Below are positions 1 to 10,024 of a DNA stretch of 64,000 bases, in pieces. The notes beneath the pieces are model-generated. The model was not told where the DNA came from. It saw only the letters and a list, made by a program, of their open reading frames with translations, and ran no database searches. Each line of letters opens with the position of its first letter. Within the stretch, counting starts at the first letter, position 1. Made by a program: the position numbers and the translations under genes. The stretch spans positions 1 to 64,000 of the IMG/VR virus record IMGVR_UViG_3300037466_002336. One strand, written 5' to 3'. This DNA comes from a virus (lineage: Duplodnaviria > Caudoviricetes).

Positions 1-2
1 AT

Positions 3-110
3 GTCCTCGACGAACCGTTCCCCTGGCAGACGGGCGGTCAGGTGATCACGTGGATGCACCGCGCCGAGTACGAAGAGGCCGTCGCAGCGTTGGAGGCGCT
101 TCGTGACTAG
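3..110 (+). CDS. 3' end of a hypothetical protein (cut by window start)
   Basis: Open frame VLDEPFPWQ...EALRD ending in TAG at 108-110. Confidence 0.5.
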   Translation, partial: VLDEPFPWQTGGQVITWMHRAEYEEAVAALEALRD

Positions 111-245
111 CGGGCATCACACCACGCTTCTAGTCCGGCTTCCGCGGTGTCGGTGCACACACAGCCACCGAATCCAGGCAACTAAACGGACGGGTCTTAG
201 GCAACCAAATTGACGGGGTCAAGGGCACTAGAGGAGGTACGAGGC

Positions 246-407
246 ATGTGGTGGAGCTACATCGTTGCGGCCGCGACCGGGATGGGGCTTGGCGCGGTCA
301 TCAGGCTGGTCGGGTTGCCGACCGCGTCCCCGCCGACGGCGCAAGGCGTGCTGGTGGTCGCCGCGTTGACCGCCGGATGGTGGCTTGCCGCGAAGGCGCT
401 CGGCTGA
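246..407 (+). CDS. small two-TM membrane protein
   Basis: ATG 246 after GAGGTACGAGGC; two hydrophobic stretches. Confidence 0.6.
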   Translation: MWWSYIVAAATGMGLGAVIRLVGLPTASPPTAQGVLVVAALTAGWWLAAKALG

Positions 408-667
408 TGCCCGCGACGTACGAGCAGCGGGAGTGGAGCGTCGGCCGCACCGACGGCGGCTGGCACACCGTCGGCTACACCGACGTTGAGGTGACGCGCG
501 CCGGCGAGGTGGTGAAGCGCCGCGCGTTGTTCTGGCAGCGCGCCAACGTGTTCGGTGCGGAAGCGGCGCTCGCGGTCGTCAAGTGCCTCGCCGAACGCAA
601 CGGCGACCTGGTGCGCGAGCAGACCGTCGACGACCTCACCCACCCGATGTTCCGGGGCGGCGACTGA
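407..667 (+). CDS. hypothetical protein
   Basis: TGATG coupling; MPATYEQREW... within ORF 248..667. Confidence 0.65.
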   Translation: MPATYEQREWSVGRTDGGWHTVGYTDVEVTRAGEVVKRRALFWQRANVFGAEAALAVVKCLAERNGDLVREQTVDDLTHPMFRGGD

Positions 668-1059
668 TGGGGTACGTGCCGATCCAGCAGCCGACCGTCG
701 CGTCCTGCGAGCGTGACCTGCGTCATCGCCGGTCGCGGCTGCCGTGGCGTCGTCGGCGCGCCTACGCCGCGTGCCTGTGGCTGATCGACCGGCGTGAGCT
801 GGAGTTGGGGATGCGCAAGCCGCCGTCGCCGCCGCCGTCGCAGTTCCCGCGGCCGACGATGCAGGAGATCGGACGGAGCGCCGAGCGGACGCTGCGAGCC
901 CGGCCGGAATGCCCGTGCGTCGACGGGCCGTGTCCCGGCTGTGTGGAGCACACGAGGATGGGCGACCGGCACCGCCGGTTCATGCGGGTCGCAGCGCGCC
1001 CGGCGGAGTTGCCGTCGGCACCTGACCCGGCGCTAGTGCGATACGTCGAACGGGTGTGA
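667..1059 (+). CDS. hypothetical protein with Cys cluster
   Basis: TGATG coupling; CPCVDGPCPGC. Confidence 0.55.
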   Translation: MGYVPIQQPTVASCERDLRHRRSRLPWRRRRAYAACLWLIDRRELELGMRKPPSPPPSQFPRPTMQEIGRSAERTLRARPECPCVDGPCPGCVEHTRMGDRHRRFMRVAARPAELPSAPDPALVRYVERV

Positions 1060-1228
1060 CCGCGAGAACGTCCGTGCGGCTGCGTGTCGCGCCCGCTAAC
1101 GGGTGTATACGGGTCGAGACGGCCAACGACGCGTCCTGGTGTTTATACGGTGCCACGGCGGCCGACGCGTCTGCGACCCTGTACGTCATCGCGCGTCGGG
1201 CAGGACGCGCCGCCACGGAGGTAGTGGG

Positions 1229-1855
1229 ATGAGCGTCAACACGGACATCTACTGGCGCCCGAAATGCGGGATCGACTGCGACGGGCCGGAGCCGCTGACG
1301 TGAACGCGTACCCGCATAACACGGTGTGCGCAGGTTGCGCCGCCTGCCGTCCCGACCTGTACGCGAACGCGACGGCCGCCGCGCATGCCGTCGTGGTGGT
1401 GTTCCCTGGACCGACGGTCGTGACCGCGTGCACATGCCGGTCGGCTGTCGTCGGCTGGCATGAAGCTGACTGCGCGGTGCGCGCATGAGCCGCAAACGGA
1501 AGAAGCTTGTGTCCCCGGCCACCCGCCGCGCCCGCGCCGACCACCAACGGCAGAACCGTACCGTCAACGGTACGGAACTGGTGTGCGAGGCGTGCGGACT
1601 TCGGCAGCCGTTCCGCACGTCGTCCGGCGACCGGGTGCAGCCGTGCCGGTGCGGCCACCTGTACGCCAGGTACGCGGCGTGACCGGCTACCGCGACATCG
1701 TCGCGAAGCCAACCCCGGCCGACCTCGCACGTCTCGCAGGCTGGCGCACCGACGAACGGTGCGAGTGCGCCGAGCCGCACCCCGCAATCGTCGGCGGCAA
1801 CGGCTACACGTGCGGCCCGATCATGTGCACCCGTTGCGGTCGCGCCGTCACGTGA
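1229..1855 (+). CDS. run of four tiny Cys-rich ORFs (1229-1303, 1300-1488, 1485-1682, 1679-1855)
   Basis: GGAGGTAGTGG RBS before 1229; 4-nt start/stop overlaps; CxxC motifs. Confidence 0.55.
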
Positions 1856-2154
1856 CCGAGCTCGACGTCGACAAGCTGCCGCGCCGCGTCGCGCACGCCG
1901 TGCACGCGCTCCTCGAAGCGTCCGGGCCGTACGCCTTCAACATGGGCGTGCTGAAACCGTCGGAGGTGATGCTGTACGACGCCGAAGCGATGTCGGTGTC
2001 GTCGACCGGCAACGCGCTGCGACGGGCGATGCGGTACGGCCTCGTCGACCGGGCCGGGTACGGCCTGTACTTCCCGACGCTGCTTGCGCTCGAGCACCGC
2101 CGGGCGTTCGAGGATCGGTACCACCGAGACACCGCACGAGACGGAGACGACTGA
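1852..2154 (+). CDS. putative winged-helix DNA-binding protein
   Basis: GTGA coupling; SVSSTGNALRRAMRYGLVDRAGYGLYFPT resembles a wHTH recognition helix and wing. Confidence 0.45.
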   Translation: MTELDVDKLPRRVAHAVHALLEASGPYAFNMGVLKPSEVMLYDAEAMSVSSTGNALRRAMRYGLVDRAGYGLYFPTLLALEHRRAFEDRYHRDTARDGDD

Positions 2155-2420
2155 TGGCTGTACGTGTGCGCGCCGACGGTCGAGTGCTGTGCGCCGCCAG
2201 ACATCCGCAAGAGCCAGGCGACATCTACCTCGACGACGGCCTGCACTACAGGCTCGCTGTCGAGCTGCGCGTGCTCGTCACCGAACCGATGCGCACCGAC
2301 GGCGGACGCGGCGGTCACGACGCGCACGGCGAGTGGTGGTGGCGAAACGCGATCCCCGCCGACGCGACCATCGCCCCGTTCTATCTCGAGCTTTGTCCCT
2401 GCGACTGCGAGAGGAGGTGA
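2154..2420 (+). CDS. hypothetical protein
   Basis: Coupled ORF with phage-like codon usage. Confidence 0.6.
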   Translation: MAVRVRADGRVLCAARHPQEPGDIYLDDGLHYRLAVELRVLVTEPMRTDGGRGGHDAHGEWWWRNAIPADATIAPFYLELCPCDCERR

Positions 2421-2425
2421 ATGCC

Positions 2426-2620
2426 ATGCAGAACATCATCGTGGGTCGGTACACCGACGGCTACGCCGAGGGCGTCGAGCCGGTCGCCGTCGACAACGGC
2501 GTCGGCGAGTACGCCGGATGGATCGAGCCGGAGGACAGGTCGTGGGTCCTGTTCGTCCGCGCCGACCACAGCGTCGAGGTGTACCTCGACCGTGACCCGG
2601 TGACGGGCGCGGTGCTGTGA
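2426..2620 (+). CDS. hypothetical protein
   Basis: GAGGAGG RBS, ATG 2426, overlaps terminase start. Confidence 0.65.
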   Translation: MQNIIVGRYTDGYAEGVEPVAVDNGVGEYAGWIEPEDRSWVLFVRADHSVEVYLDRDPVTGAVL

Positions 2621-4344
2621 CCGTGGCGACGGGGCGGGATGAGCCCGGCGTCGCCAAGTCGAAGCACCAGACCGCCGTCGATGCGAAGCCGTCCGCCGAC
2701 GAGATCGCGCGCCGGCGCCGCCTGCTCGCACGGCGGCGTGGTGAGAAGCTCGACCAGCTCTGCCGCGCGATCGTCCTCGAAGCAGGGCCGACGTTCCAGC
2801 CGGGAGAAGGCGAACCGTCGTTCGGCACCGCGTTCATGCGGTACTACCTGCCGCACTACGTGTCCGAGACGCTGCCGGACGGCAGCTCCCGGTGGGTGCC
2901 GATGGCGGCGTTCCATGAGGACCTGATGGCGACGGTGTTCGGGGCGATGGGCACCGGTGAATGGCACGACTACCTCGCCCCGCGCGGCTACGGCAAGTCC
3001 ACCATCGTCGGCCTCGGCCTGCCGCTCGCCACCCTCGGGCTGTCCGGGCTGGCGATCGCAGGGAAGCTGCCGTACACGTTCAACGCCCGGCATTACGTGT
3101 GGCTGGTGCAAGACACGGCACCGCAGGCGAAGCAGGCGATGGACGCGATCCTCGACGAGACTGAACGCAACCCGCGTGTCCGTGCCGACTTCCCGCATCT
3201 GAAGCCTGCACTCGACAAGCACAAGCGTCCAATCGCCGACAGAGACGACGACGTGCTGTTCGAGTTGAACCTGCGGTTGCAGGCGCTCGGCTCAGGCCAG
3301 AAAGTGCGCGGACGGAAGAACCGCCAGTTCCGCCCCGACCTGGTGCTGATCGACGACCTTGAGAACGACGAGTCGGTGAACACGAAGTATCAGCGGGACA
3401 AGCTGGAGGACTGGCTCACCAGCGCGCTCGGGTTCGCGCTCGCGAAGAACGGCGACCTGCACTACGTCGGCACCCTGCTGCACCACGACGCCGTGTTGGC
3501 GCGGATCAGGAAGAAGCCTGAGGCTGTCGACGGCTGGCAGCACCACAGGTACGAAGCGTTCGACGAGCACGGGAACACGACGTGGGAGTACATGGACGAG
3601 AAGCAGCACCGGGCGCTGAAGAAGCGTCTTGGGATGCGTTCCTACCGGCGTGAGGTGCTGCACAAGGTCACCGACCCTGACAACCAACGGTTCAAGCCGG
3701 AGTTCTTCCAGTACGGCGAACGGCCCGTTCCGACACCGGCGGTAGTCGACGAACGCGGCACCGTGATCGAGGAGGCGGTCGGTGTCCGTTGCGTGATCGC
3801 CGTCGACCCGGCTGTCGGCCTGAAGAAGAAGAACGACCGCTCCGCGCTGGTGGTGACGTTGAAGAAGCGCGGCGTGCCGTTGTTCCACCACGACTACGCG
3901 TGGGCTGACCGCCGGCGCGGCAAGAAGATCAAGCGGCGGATCATCGCTGCGTTCCGGCTGTACACGGCGCTCGGGTACGCACCGGTGGTGGTCGCCGAGA
4001 CTGTGCAGGCGCAGGAGTGGTTGAAGCAGGAGCTCGAGGACGAGGGTATCCCTGTAAGGGGTGTCAAACCGCACGTCGACAAGCTGACGCGTGCGGAGCC
4101 GTACGCGCTCGACTACGAGCAGGGCAGGGTGCAACACGCGGAGCGGCTGCGCGGCTCAGAGTTCGAGAGCGAGCATGAGGAGTTCCCGGACGGCGAACAC
4201 GACGACTACGTTGACGCCGGCGGGATGGGAGTCGACGAGCTGCGGATGGAGAAGGGCGGCGGTGTCGCCGGGGTGGTGCAGCATCGCGCGTTGTCGGAAC
4301 ACGACGGCGACGACGAATGGGTCGATCCGAGGTGGGCCGACTAG
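2617..4344 (+). CDS. terL: terminase large subunit
   Basis: Walker A APRGYGKST, Walker B LVLIDDLE, nuclease motifs VDPAVG and HDDYVDA. Confidence 0.93.
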   Translation: MTVATGRDEPGVAKSKHQTAVDAKPSADEIARRRRLLARRRGEKLDQLCRAIVLEAGPTFQPGEGEPSFGTAFMRYYLPHYVSETLPDGSSRWVPMAAFHEDLMATVFGAMGTGEWHDYLAPRGYGKSTIVGLGLPLATLGLSGLAIAGKLPYTFNARHYVWLVQDTAPQAKQAMDAILDETERNPRVRADFPHLKPALDKHKRPIADRDDDVLFELNLRLQALGSGQKVRGRKNRQFRPDLVLIDDLENDESVNTKYQRDKLEDWLTSALGFALAKNGDLHYVGTLLHHDAVLARIRKKPEAVDGWQHHRYEAFDEHGNTTWEYMDEKQHRALKKRLGMRSYRREVLHKVTDPDNQRFKPEFFQYGERPVPTPAVVDERGTVIEEAVGVRCVIAVDPAVGLKKKNDRSALVVTLKKRGVPLFHHDYAWADRRRGKKIKRRIIAAFRLYTALGYAPVVVAETVQAQEWLKQELEDEGIPVRGVKPHVDKLTRAEPYALDYEQGRVQHAERLRGSEFESEHEEFPDGEHDDYVDAGGMGVDELRMEKGGGVAGVVQHRALSEHDGDDEWVDPRWAD

Positions 4345-4457
4345 GACTCGGGTGGGGCGTCGGTGCTGTCGAGTTCTTCGAGTTGCCGTTCAACCTCGAA
4401 GTGGTCCTCACCGTTCGCGATGGCGAGCAGCAGCAGAATCAGGCGGTCGTCGCTCAC
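4341..4457 (-). CDS. small hypothetical protein (not in ORF track)
   Basis: VSDDRLILLLLAIANGEDHF...; its stop shares the CTAG palindrome with the terL stop. Confidence 0.4.
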   Translation of the reverse strand: MSDDRLILLLLAIANGEDHFEVERQLEELDSTDAPPES

Positions 4458-4576
4458 AACCGCCGGCCAGGGTAGCCGCGATCAGGTGTGGTCGGACGGC
4501 AATGGTGCGTCGAAGCAACACCGACCGCACGTAAAAATGCACTGCGCGTCGTACGGCTCCTGTGTGTAGCTGTAGC

Positions 4577-4840
4577 TCACGGCAGCATCACCGGCTCGAT
4601 GCGGCACGGGAACCACCGGCCGACGCGCATCACCGGCTGTTCGGCGCCGAGCTCCACCAGTCGGGCGTAGTGGTAGCCGAACGTGCGCGCGAGGACGTCG
4701 CGGCGCAACATGATGCGCATCGCGACATATGCCGGGTGGTAGAGCGGGTCGCCGTTCCATTCTTCGTCGCGGTGCAGCTTGCGGATCGCTGTGCGCATAC
4801 GCCAGCGGTGGTATCGCACACGGACGCTCACGGCCGTCAA
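4577..4840 (-). CDS. hypothetical protein
   Basis: Coupled minus-strand ORF. Confidence 0.55.
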   Translation of the reverse strand: MTAVSVRVRYHRWRMRTAIRKLHRDEEWNGDPLYHPAYVAMRIMLRRDVLARTFGYHYARLVELGAEQPVMRVGRWFPCRIEPVMLP

Positions 4841-5130
4841 CCGACGATCCAGGGCGGGATCGCGACAATCGCCTTGGCGCGCGTGAGTAAAGCCTCGGCG
4901 AGTTGCGTGCTGGATGCGAGGTAGTGCGCGACGAACCCGTTCGGGTATGTCACGCGCACCGCGTGTACCTCCCTCGCTTCGCGTGTCGGCAACACCACCG
5001 CCGGCGTGCCGTCAAGTTCTGCGAACCGCGGGGCCTGATGATATTGGAGCGTGACAACCTCTGCCGTCGCGCCGCGCATCAGGTCGAAAGCGACCCCGTA
5101 CGCCGACGTTTCGAGCTCCGAGGTGGTCAC
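4837..5130 (-). CDS. hypothetical protein
   Basis: GTG start VTTSELET within ORF 4837..5229. Confidence 0.55.
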   Translation of the reverse strand: MTTSELETSAYGVAFDLMRGATAEVVTLQYHQAPRFAELDGTPAVVLPTREAREVHAVRVTYPNGFVAHYLASSTQLAEALLTRAKAIVAIPPWIVG

Positions 5131-5168
5131 AGGAGCATCCCGTCGATGCGCATCGCGACATATGCCTG

Positions 5169-5441
5169 TTAGATCGCGGCGAGTTTCCACGCCTTCTCCT
5201 TGATGTAGCGCAGACCAGCAGGCGACCAACGACGCAGGATCGCCTTATTCACGTAACCCCACCCCGTCCACGATGCGCCGCGCAGTTTCAGCATCCGTGC
5301 GTATTCGATGGCGACTTCGTTGCGGCTAGCGAACAGAGATAGCCATTTGTCCCACTCCTGTTCGCACTCGTGGCACCCGCAGAGTTGCGGTCTGCCGTCG
5401 ATCCAGTCACGGCGTTTTCTCAGCGAAGCGGTTACGGTCAC
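5169..5441 (-). CDS. hypothetical protein with CxCxxC
   Basis: GTG start overlapping upstream TGA; LCGCHEC. Confidence 0.55.
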   Translation of the reverse strand: MTVTASLRKRRDWIDGRPQLCGCHECEQEWDKWLSLFASRNEVAIEYARMLKLRGASWTGWGYVNKAILRRWSPAGLRYIKEKAWKLAAI

Positions 5442-5785
5442 GGCAGCAGCTCCGGATCGGAACCCGCCACGGCAGCCACCGCCGTCACCCGCGCCGGAAT
5501 ACCCGCCCGGCCGAGCGCCTCGTTGAAGATGCGCTCCGCCAGCACCGCAGCCTCCGACACGCCCGGCCGTCTGCCCCACGTCCACGCCGAGAACAACTCC
5601 ACCTGGAACGTGCAGGCGAGCTCGCCGCCGGCGCTGCTGACCCCCCACGCACCGAGCGCGCGCTCATCCTCGATCAACGCGTCGAGGAGCGCGTCGACCC
5701 TCGGGTCGTCGCCGTCAATGTCGACGGCGGCGCGCGGGCGGACGCTGTACTCCACCACCTCAGCCTCAAGCGCCATTACGGTCAC
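5438..5785 (-). CDS. putative cognate antitoxin (HicB-like position)
   Basis: Acidic 115 aa directly downstream of HicA-like gene, with GGAGGTAG RBS. Confidence 0.45.
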   Translation of the reverse strand: MTVMALEAEVVEYSVRPRAAVDIDGDDPRVDALLDALIEDERALGAWGVSSAGGELACTFQVELFSAWTWGRRPGVSEAAVLAERIFNEALGRAGIPARVTAVAAVAGSDPELLP

Positions 5786-5788
5786 AGG

Positions 5789-6013
5789 CTACCTCCATTC
5801 TCGCGGCACCACTCCAAGGCGCCGCAGGTCGCTCACGGTGTTCTGTCGGAACCGTCGGTCGGACGGTGTGCCCGCGAACGGGTACACGCTGTGCCCGTGC
5901 CCGTCGACGACGTGCCAGTGGCCGCCGCGCACCTCAAGCCGGTACGACGACCCGGCACGGCGAAAGTAGCGGCGCAGGTCACGGACGAGCTGGTCGGCGT
6001 CCTTCTTGCTCAC
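5789..6013 (-). CDS. hicA: HicA-like toxin
   Basis: 74 aa basic; GGHWHV...GTPSDRRFRQNTVSDLRRLG matches the HicA pattern of actinobacterial phages. Confidence 0.7.
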   Translation of the reverse strand: MSKKDADQLVRDLRRYFRRAGSSYRLEVRGGHWHVVDGHGHSVYPFAGTPSDRRFRQNTVSDLRRLGVVPREWR

Positions 6014-6727
6014 GCGGGACGCTCCCGGTTGTCGAGGTTCGCGCGCTCGTCGGCTTCCGCTTCGGCGCGGGTGGCGCGCAACGGCCCGCCGGACTTCGCC
6101 TGGTAGCCGTCAGGGCCGTCCGGGTTGAACCTGCCGACGGCGACGGCGGCGTCGGAGCCGAGGATGCGGTCGGTCATGGCCGTCCCTCCACGGTGCGCAC
6201 ATGGACACCGTCGACGTGGAACATCACACGGAGGCCGTGGTGGGCGTAGTAGCTGCCCTGTGCGGCGTCGTCCCACAGCGCGCGGGCGGCGGTGAGCGCC
6301 GCCTCCGGTGTGTCGCATTCGGCGGTGTCGATGACGTTCGCGCCGCGCGCGGTGCGCACCTCGATCGCGGTCGCAACGGCCATCAGAAGCCGCGGTGCTT
6401 CGGCAGCCAGCCGCGCTCAACGTCGGCGGCGGTGCGCAGCACCTCGTCCTCGGAGGTGGTGGCGGGAAACGCCATGTACACGTGACCGGTGTACGGGTCG
6501 CAGATCAGCCAGCGCCCGTCGTTGAGCTGCTTCAGGTCGACGGCCATCTACGCCGCCGCCTCAAGCTCGGCAAGGTCCTGCTTGGCCGCGGCGAGCGCGC
6601 GGACGTTGGTGCGGTGCCCGGATGTGGTGCGGGCGGCGTGCTCGTCGACCTCGCGCTGAAGGAAAGCGACCTCCATGCGGGCGAGCTCGAGCGCGTCGTT
6701 GGTGTGGGTGAGTGCTGAAGTGGTCAT
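6010..6727 (-). CDS. four small coupled ORFs (6010-6177, 6174-6383, 6383-6547, 6548-6727)
   Basis: Overlapping start/stop codons; 6383-6547 (MAVDLKQLNDGRW...) read by hand. Confidence 0.6.
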
Positions 6728-6806
6728 GCCTGCATGTTCAACCGTCACGGTGGTTTCTGCTCCCACCACGGTGCAGAATTCAGGGAACCCGAACAAATGG
6801 GAAGCG
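6728..6806 (-). promoter_or_regulatory. reiterated phage promoter-like element, copy A
   Basis: GGAGCA-N18-GAACAT then 6 nt to ATG; upstream 22 bp identical to 11147-11168. Confidence 0.65.
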
Positions 6807-6832
6807 GTCACCGCAGCCGCCGCAATGATGCG

Positions 6833-7372
6833 TCACCACAGCGGCACCATCCCGCTTGCCGGGTAGACGACACGGCCGTCGTGTACCTGCGCGCACTCGA
6901 TCGGCTCGTGCGGCCGCAGCCCGCTACCCATGATGTGCTGCACCTCGTAGCCGTGTAGAAGCTGCATCGCGTCGCTGACCATCCGGCGGTGGCACCGCCA
7001 CCACAACGCCTCACAGCAGAAGTACGCGAGCGGCCGGACCGCCATCTCCCGCAACTCGTCGATGCCGTCGGCGAACGTGTCGGTCTGCATGTACGCGCCG
7101 AAGTTGCGGAAGCCCGCGTGCCGCCAGCCGTCGACCAGCCGGTAGTCGACGTCAGGTTGTTTCGACCGTCGACCGCCGAGCTTGGGCAGATGCGCGTACT
7201 CGATGCCGTAACGGTGAAGCAGCCGTGTCATGCCGTCGCTGCTCGTCCACGGCTGCCTGCGGGAGCCGGGGATCCCGCGAAGGTCAACGACGAGCTCGAT
7301 GCCTGCGCCGGCGACCATCGCCGCGAAGTCGTCGGGCGGCAAAGTCGAGTAGCCGACCGTGAACACGGTCAC
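6833..7372 (-). CDS. DUF488 family protein
   Basis: VFTVGYS...VVDLRGIPGSR...YAHLPKLGGRR...CCEALWWRCHRRMVSD. Confidence 0.88.
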   Translation of the reverse strand: MTVFTVGYSTLPPDDFAAMVAGAGIELVVDLRGIPGSRRQPWTSSDGMTRLLHRYGIEYAHLPKLGGRRSKQPDVDYRLVDGWRHAGFRNFGAYMQTDTFADGIDELREMAVRPLAYFCCEALWWRCHRRMVSDAMQLLHGYEVQHIMGSGLRPHEPIECAQVHDGRVVYPASGMVPLW

Positions 7373-7815
7373 GACGGCTCCCGCGGGGTCACCGGCAGGT
7401 AGCTGGTGACCTTCGCCCCGTCCGGCCAGTCCACCGCACCATGCTTGTTGCCGTACACGCCGTCCCACACAAGGTCGCCGTCCAGCACAACCCAATGCCA
7501 GCGGGACGGGCGGCGTTCAACGAACCCGCCGGCGGCACGCGACCACGACGGCCGCGCGGCGAAAGACAGCTTCGCGATCGCGACGTCGGTGGTTCGGGTG
7601 CGCTGCAACCGCAGCCTTGGAAGGTCGCGCTCCCACGGGTGCACGCCGAGCAGCCGGAGCGCGTAGTCGATCCGGCGTGTGCTTGTACCGTTGCGGCTAC
7701 CGCCAAACCCGCGCCGGATCGCGTAGTCGAGGTCGACGTCCGCGACGACAGCGACGGCGATCTGGCCGCACAGCGACGACCCGGACGGCTGCTTGATCCA
7801 CCTCACGGCCGCCAC
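7369..7815 (-). CDS. papain-like (C39-like) cysteine peptidase
   Basis: KQPSGSSLCGQIAVA (Q, C) and HWVVLDG..WDG (H, D). Confidence 0.65.
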   Translation of the reverse strand: MAAVRWIKQPSGSSLCGQIAVAVVADVDLDYAIRRGFGGSRNGTSTRRIDYALRLLGVHPWERDLPRLRLQRTRTTDVAIAKLSFAARPSWSRAAGGFVERRPSRWHWVVLDGDLVWDGVYGNKHGAVDWPDGAKVTSYLPVTPREPS

Positions 7816-8959
7816 CCGAAGCTGGCACGACGGATCGTCTCCGGCAGCTCACGAACGACCCTCGACACCACCACATGTTCGGCGCCGTTGTCGGCGACGC
7901 AGCGGCGCAGCCACGGGTCAACCTTGCCGTTGCACCTGCCGGGGCCGACGTCCCGGACGACGACACCGATCGGCAACGTCACAAGCTTGCCGAGCGTGCT
8001 GTTCGGGTCGATCGGCTGCCGGTAGCTGCCGTCGGCGCTCATGCCGCTCTCCGGTAGCCGCGGGCGACACGGCGGGCGGTCGACACCGACCGGACCGTCG
8101 CGATGCGGCGGCCGTCGGGCGCATACACGCGCACGTCGCGTTCGCCGATCGCGAACTCGCAGCCGAGGTACCGCACCCGTCCGCGTTCCGCAGCAGCGGT
8201 CGATGTCACGGCGTCGCCTCCAACGGCGGGTCGCAGCGGACGTCAACGAACCCGTATAGGGCGGCCTTCCGTCGCGCGTTGCGTAGCGCGATGCGCGCGC
8301 CCGTCTCGGAGTGGCGGACGCTCCACACTTTCCGCTCGCCTGCCTGCACCGCGCTGATCGTCCAGCGGCGGGTCACGGCACGCGCGCGGCGCTCGATCAC
8401 TATGCGCTCGCTCACGACCGGACCGCTCTCCGTTGCGCGCGCCGCCGCGCCTCGCGGCGGTTCGCGTACTCCGGGTCGAGTAGCGCCCGCACCTCGTCGG
8501 CGACGTGTAGCTTCGCCTCGGCGAGCGTATGCGGCCATTCCGCGTCAACGTGGTACGACGCGAAAGGCGGGTCGTTGCGGAGCACCTCCCAGGATGTGCC
8601 GGACATCTGGACGATGCGCCAGCGCAGCCCGGCGGCTTCAGCTTCGTACCAGCCGCGGTGCACGCGCTTCCAAGTGATCGTGGGGGCGCTCACAGTCCCA
8701 ACCCCCTCCACTGACGCGTCTCGGTGGCGCCGCACCGCGAGCACTCACGCGTCTCGGTCACGTCGTCGTCGTTGAGCGACCAGTCGAGCCAGTAGTGCAC
8801 ATGCTCGGCGGCTGCGCGCTGCGCGTCGCGTGCGGCCTGCTCGGCTGCTTGACGTGCTGCGACGCGTGCGCGTTGGTTGCGTCGGGCGACGTTGCGCCCT
8901 CGCTCGAGAGCGACGCTCTGCTCGTACGTGACCTTGCGCTTGCGGGGTGTGCTGTCCAT
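7803..8959 (-). CDS. five small coupled ORFs (7803-8042, 8039-8209, 8206-8415, 8412-8693, 8690-8959)
   Basis: Overlapping starts and stops; the 8690-8959 ORF has CSRC. Confidence 0.55.
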
Positions 8960-9122
8960 GCCCGCCATGTTCAACGATGGTGGTGGATTTCGCTCCACCG
9001 GGGGTGTTCGGATTTTGTGAAGATTGCACCGTCAGGGTTGCGGTGTCCACCACCACAGGTGAACGTGCAGCAACCAACCCGTAAGCAACGCGGCCGGGCA
9101 GGGCCGCAAGGAGGTAGTGGAA
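8960..9122. promoter_or_regulatory. divergent promoter region (copies C and D of the promoter family), GGGCAG hairpin and RBS
   Basis: GGAGCG-N18-GAACAT on minus; GTTGCG-N18-GAACGT on plus; shared TTTGTGAAGATTGCAC. Confidence 0.65.
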
Positions 9123-10024
9123 ATGGAGAAGCCGAGCACCACCTACACGTGGCTCGTGACGCTCGTGCACCGCGCCGGCAGCATCGCCGGGCTGCGGCGC
9201 GAGTACCTCGTCACCGGTCGCGACGCACACGAGGCCGAGATCGCCGCCCGCCGCGAGTTCGGTCAGGGCGCCATCGCCGGGCCGTCCGTGTGCGGGCTCG
9301 TCTCAATGAACCGCAGAGGGGCGGTGGCGTAGATGTGGGTCGTCTACACCGACCACAACGACGAGGCCGTGTTCGGCCCGTTCGCCACGGAGGAGGCCGC
9401 CCACAGGTGGGCAAACGAGAACAGCGGCGATTTCGGGTTCGACGCCTGGCGCGTGCTGCCGCTCACCGACGGCGCGCTACCGAAGGCGGCGGCGTAGATG
9501 GCCTGCACGTACACCGAAAACGAGCATGTGGCCGTGGTGCTTAACCGCGACCACGGCCACGTCGAGACGATGCGCGTCATGGCCGCGACGATCCGCTCCG
9601 GCCTCGGCAACATTCAGGCGCGGCCCGAGAACGACCGGGCGCGCACCGCCGCGCGCGAGCTTGTGGAGCGGCTGCTCGAGCTGGAGCGCGTGTTGGCCGC
9701 CGACGTCGACGAGCACCGGAAGGCGGATGCGTGATGTCGTCGCCGTTGTTGCCGCACCCGATGGTGCAGTCGATCACCCTGCGCAAGAAGGCGGCGCAGT
9801 GGATCCGCAACGAGCTGGACATGTACCGGCGGTGGGCGACCGCCTCGCCGTCGGAGTCGACGCGGGTGTGTCTGCTGCGCTCGCACAACGCGCTCGTCAA
9901 CCTCGCGTTCGCCGAGGGGATGCTCACCGCCGCCGACGCGCGGATCGTCCAGGACGTGTTCTCCGACGCTGTGCGTCGCCGCAACGAGGCATACCGGCGC
10001 GAGCTCGTCCAGGTGCAGTCGTGA
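9123..10024 (+). CDS. four small ORFs (9123-9332, 9333-9497, 9498-9734, 9731-10024)
   Basis: RBS before 9123; abutting or overlapping frames. Confidence 0.6.

Noticed and set aside
1852-2154. Terminase small subunit
   Set aside because: Only a generic wHTH-like pattern; not adjacent to terL and no TerS features recognised
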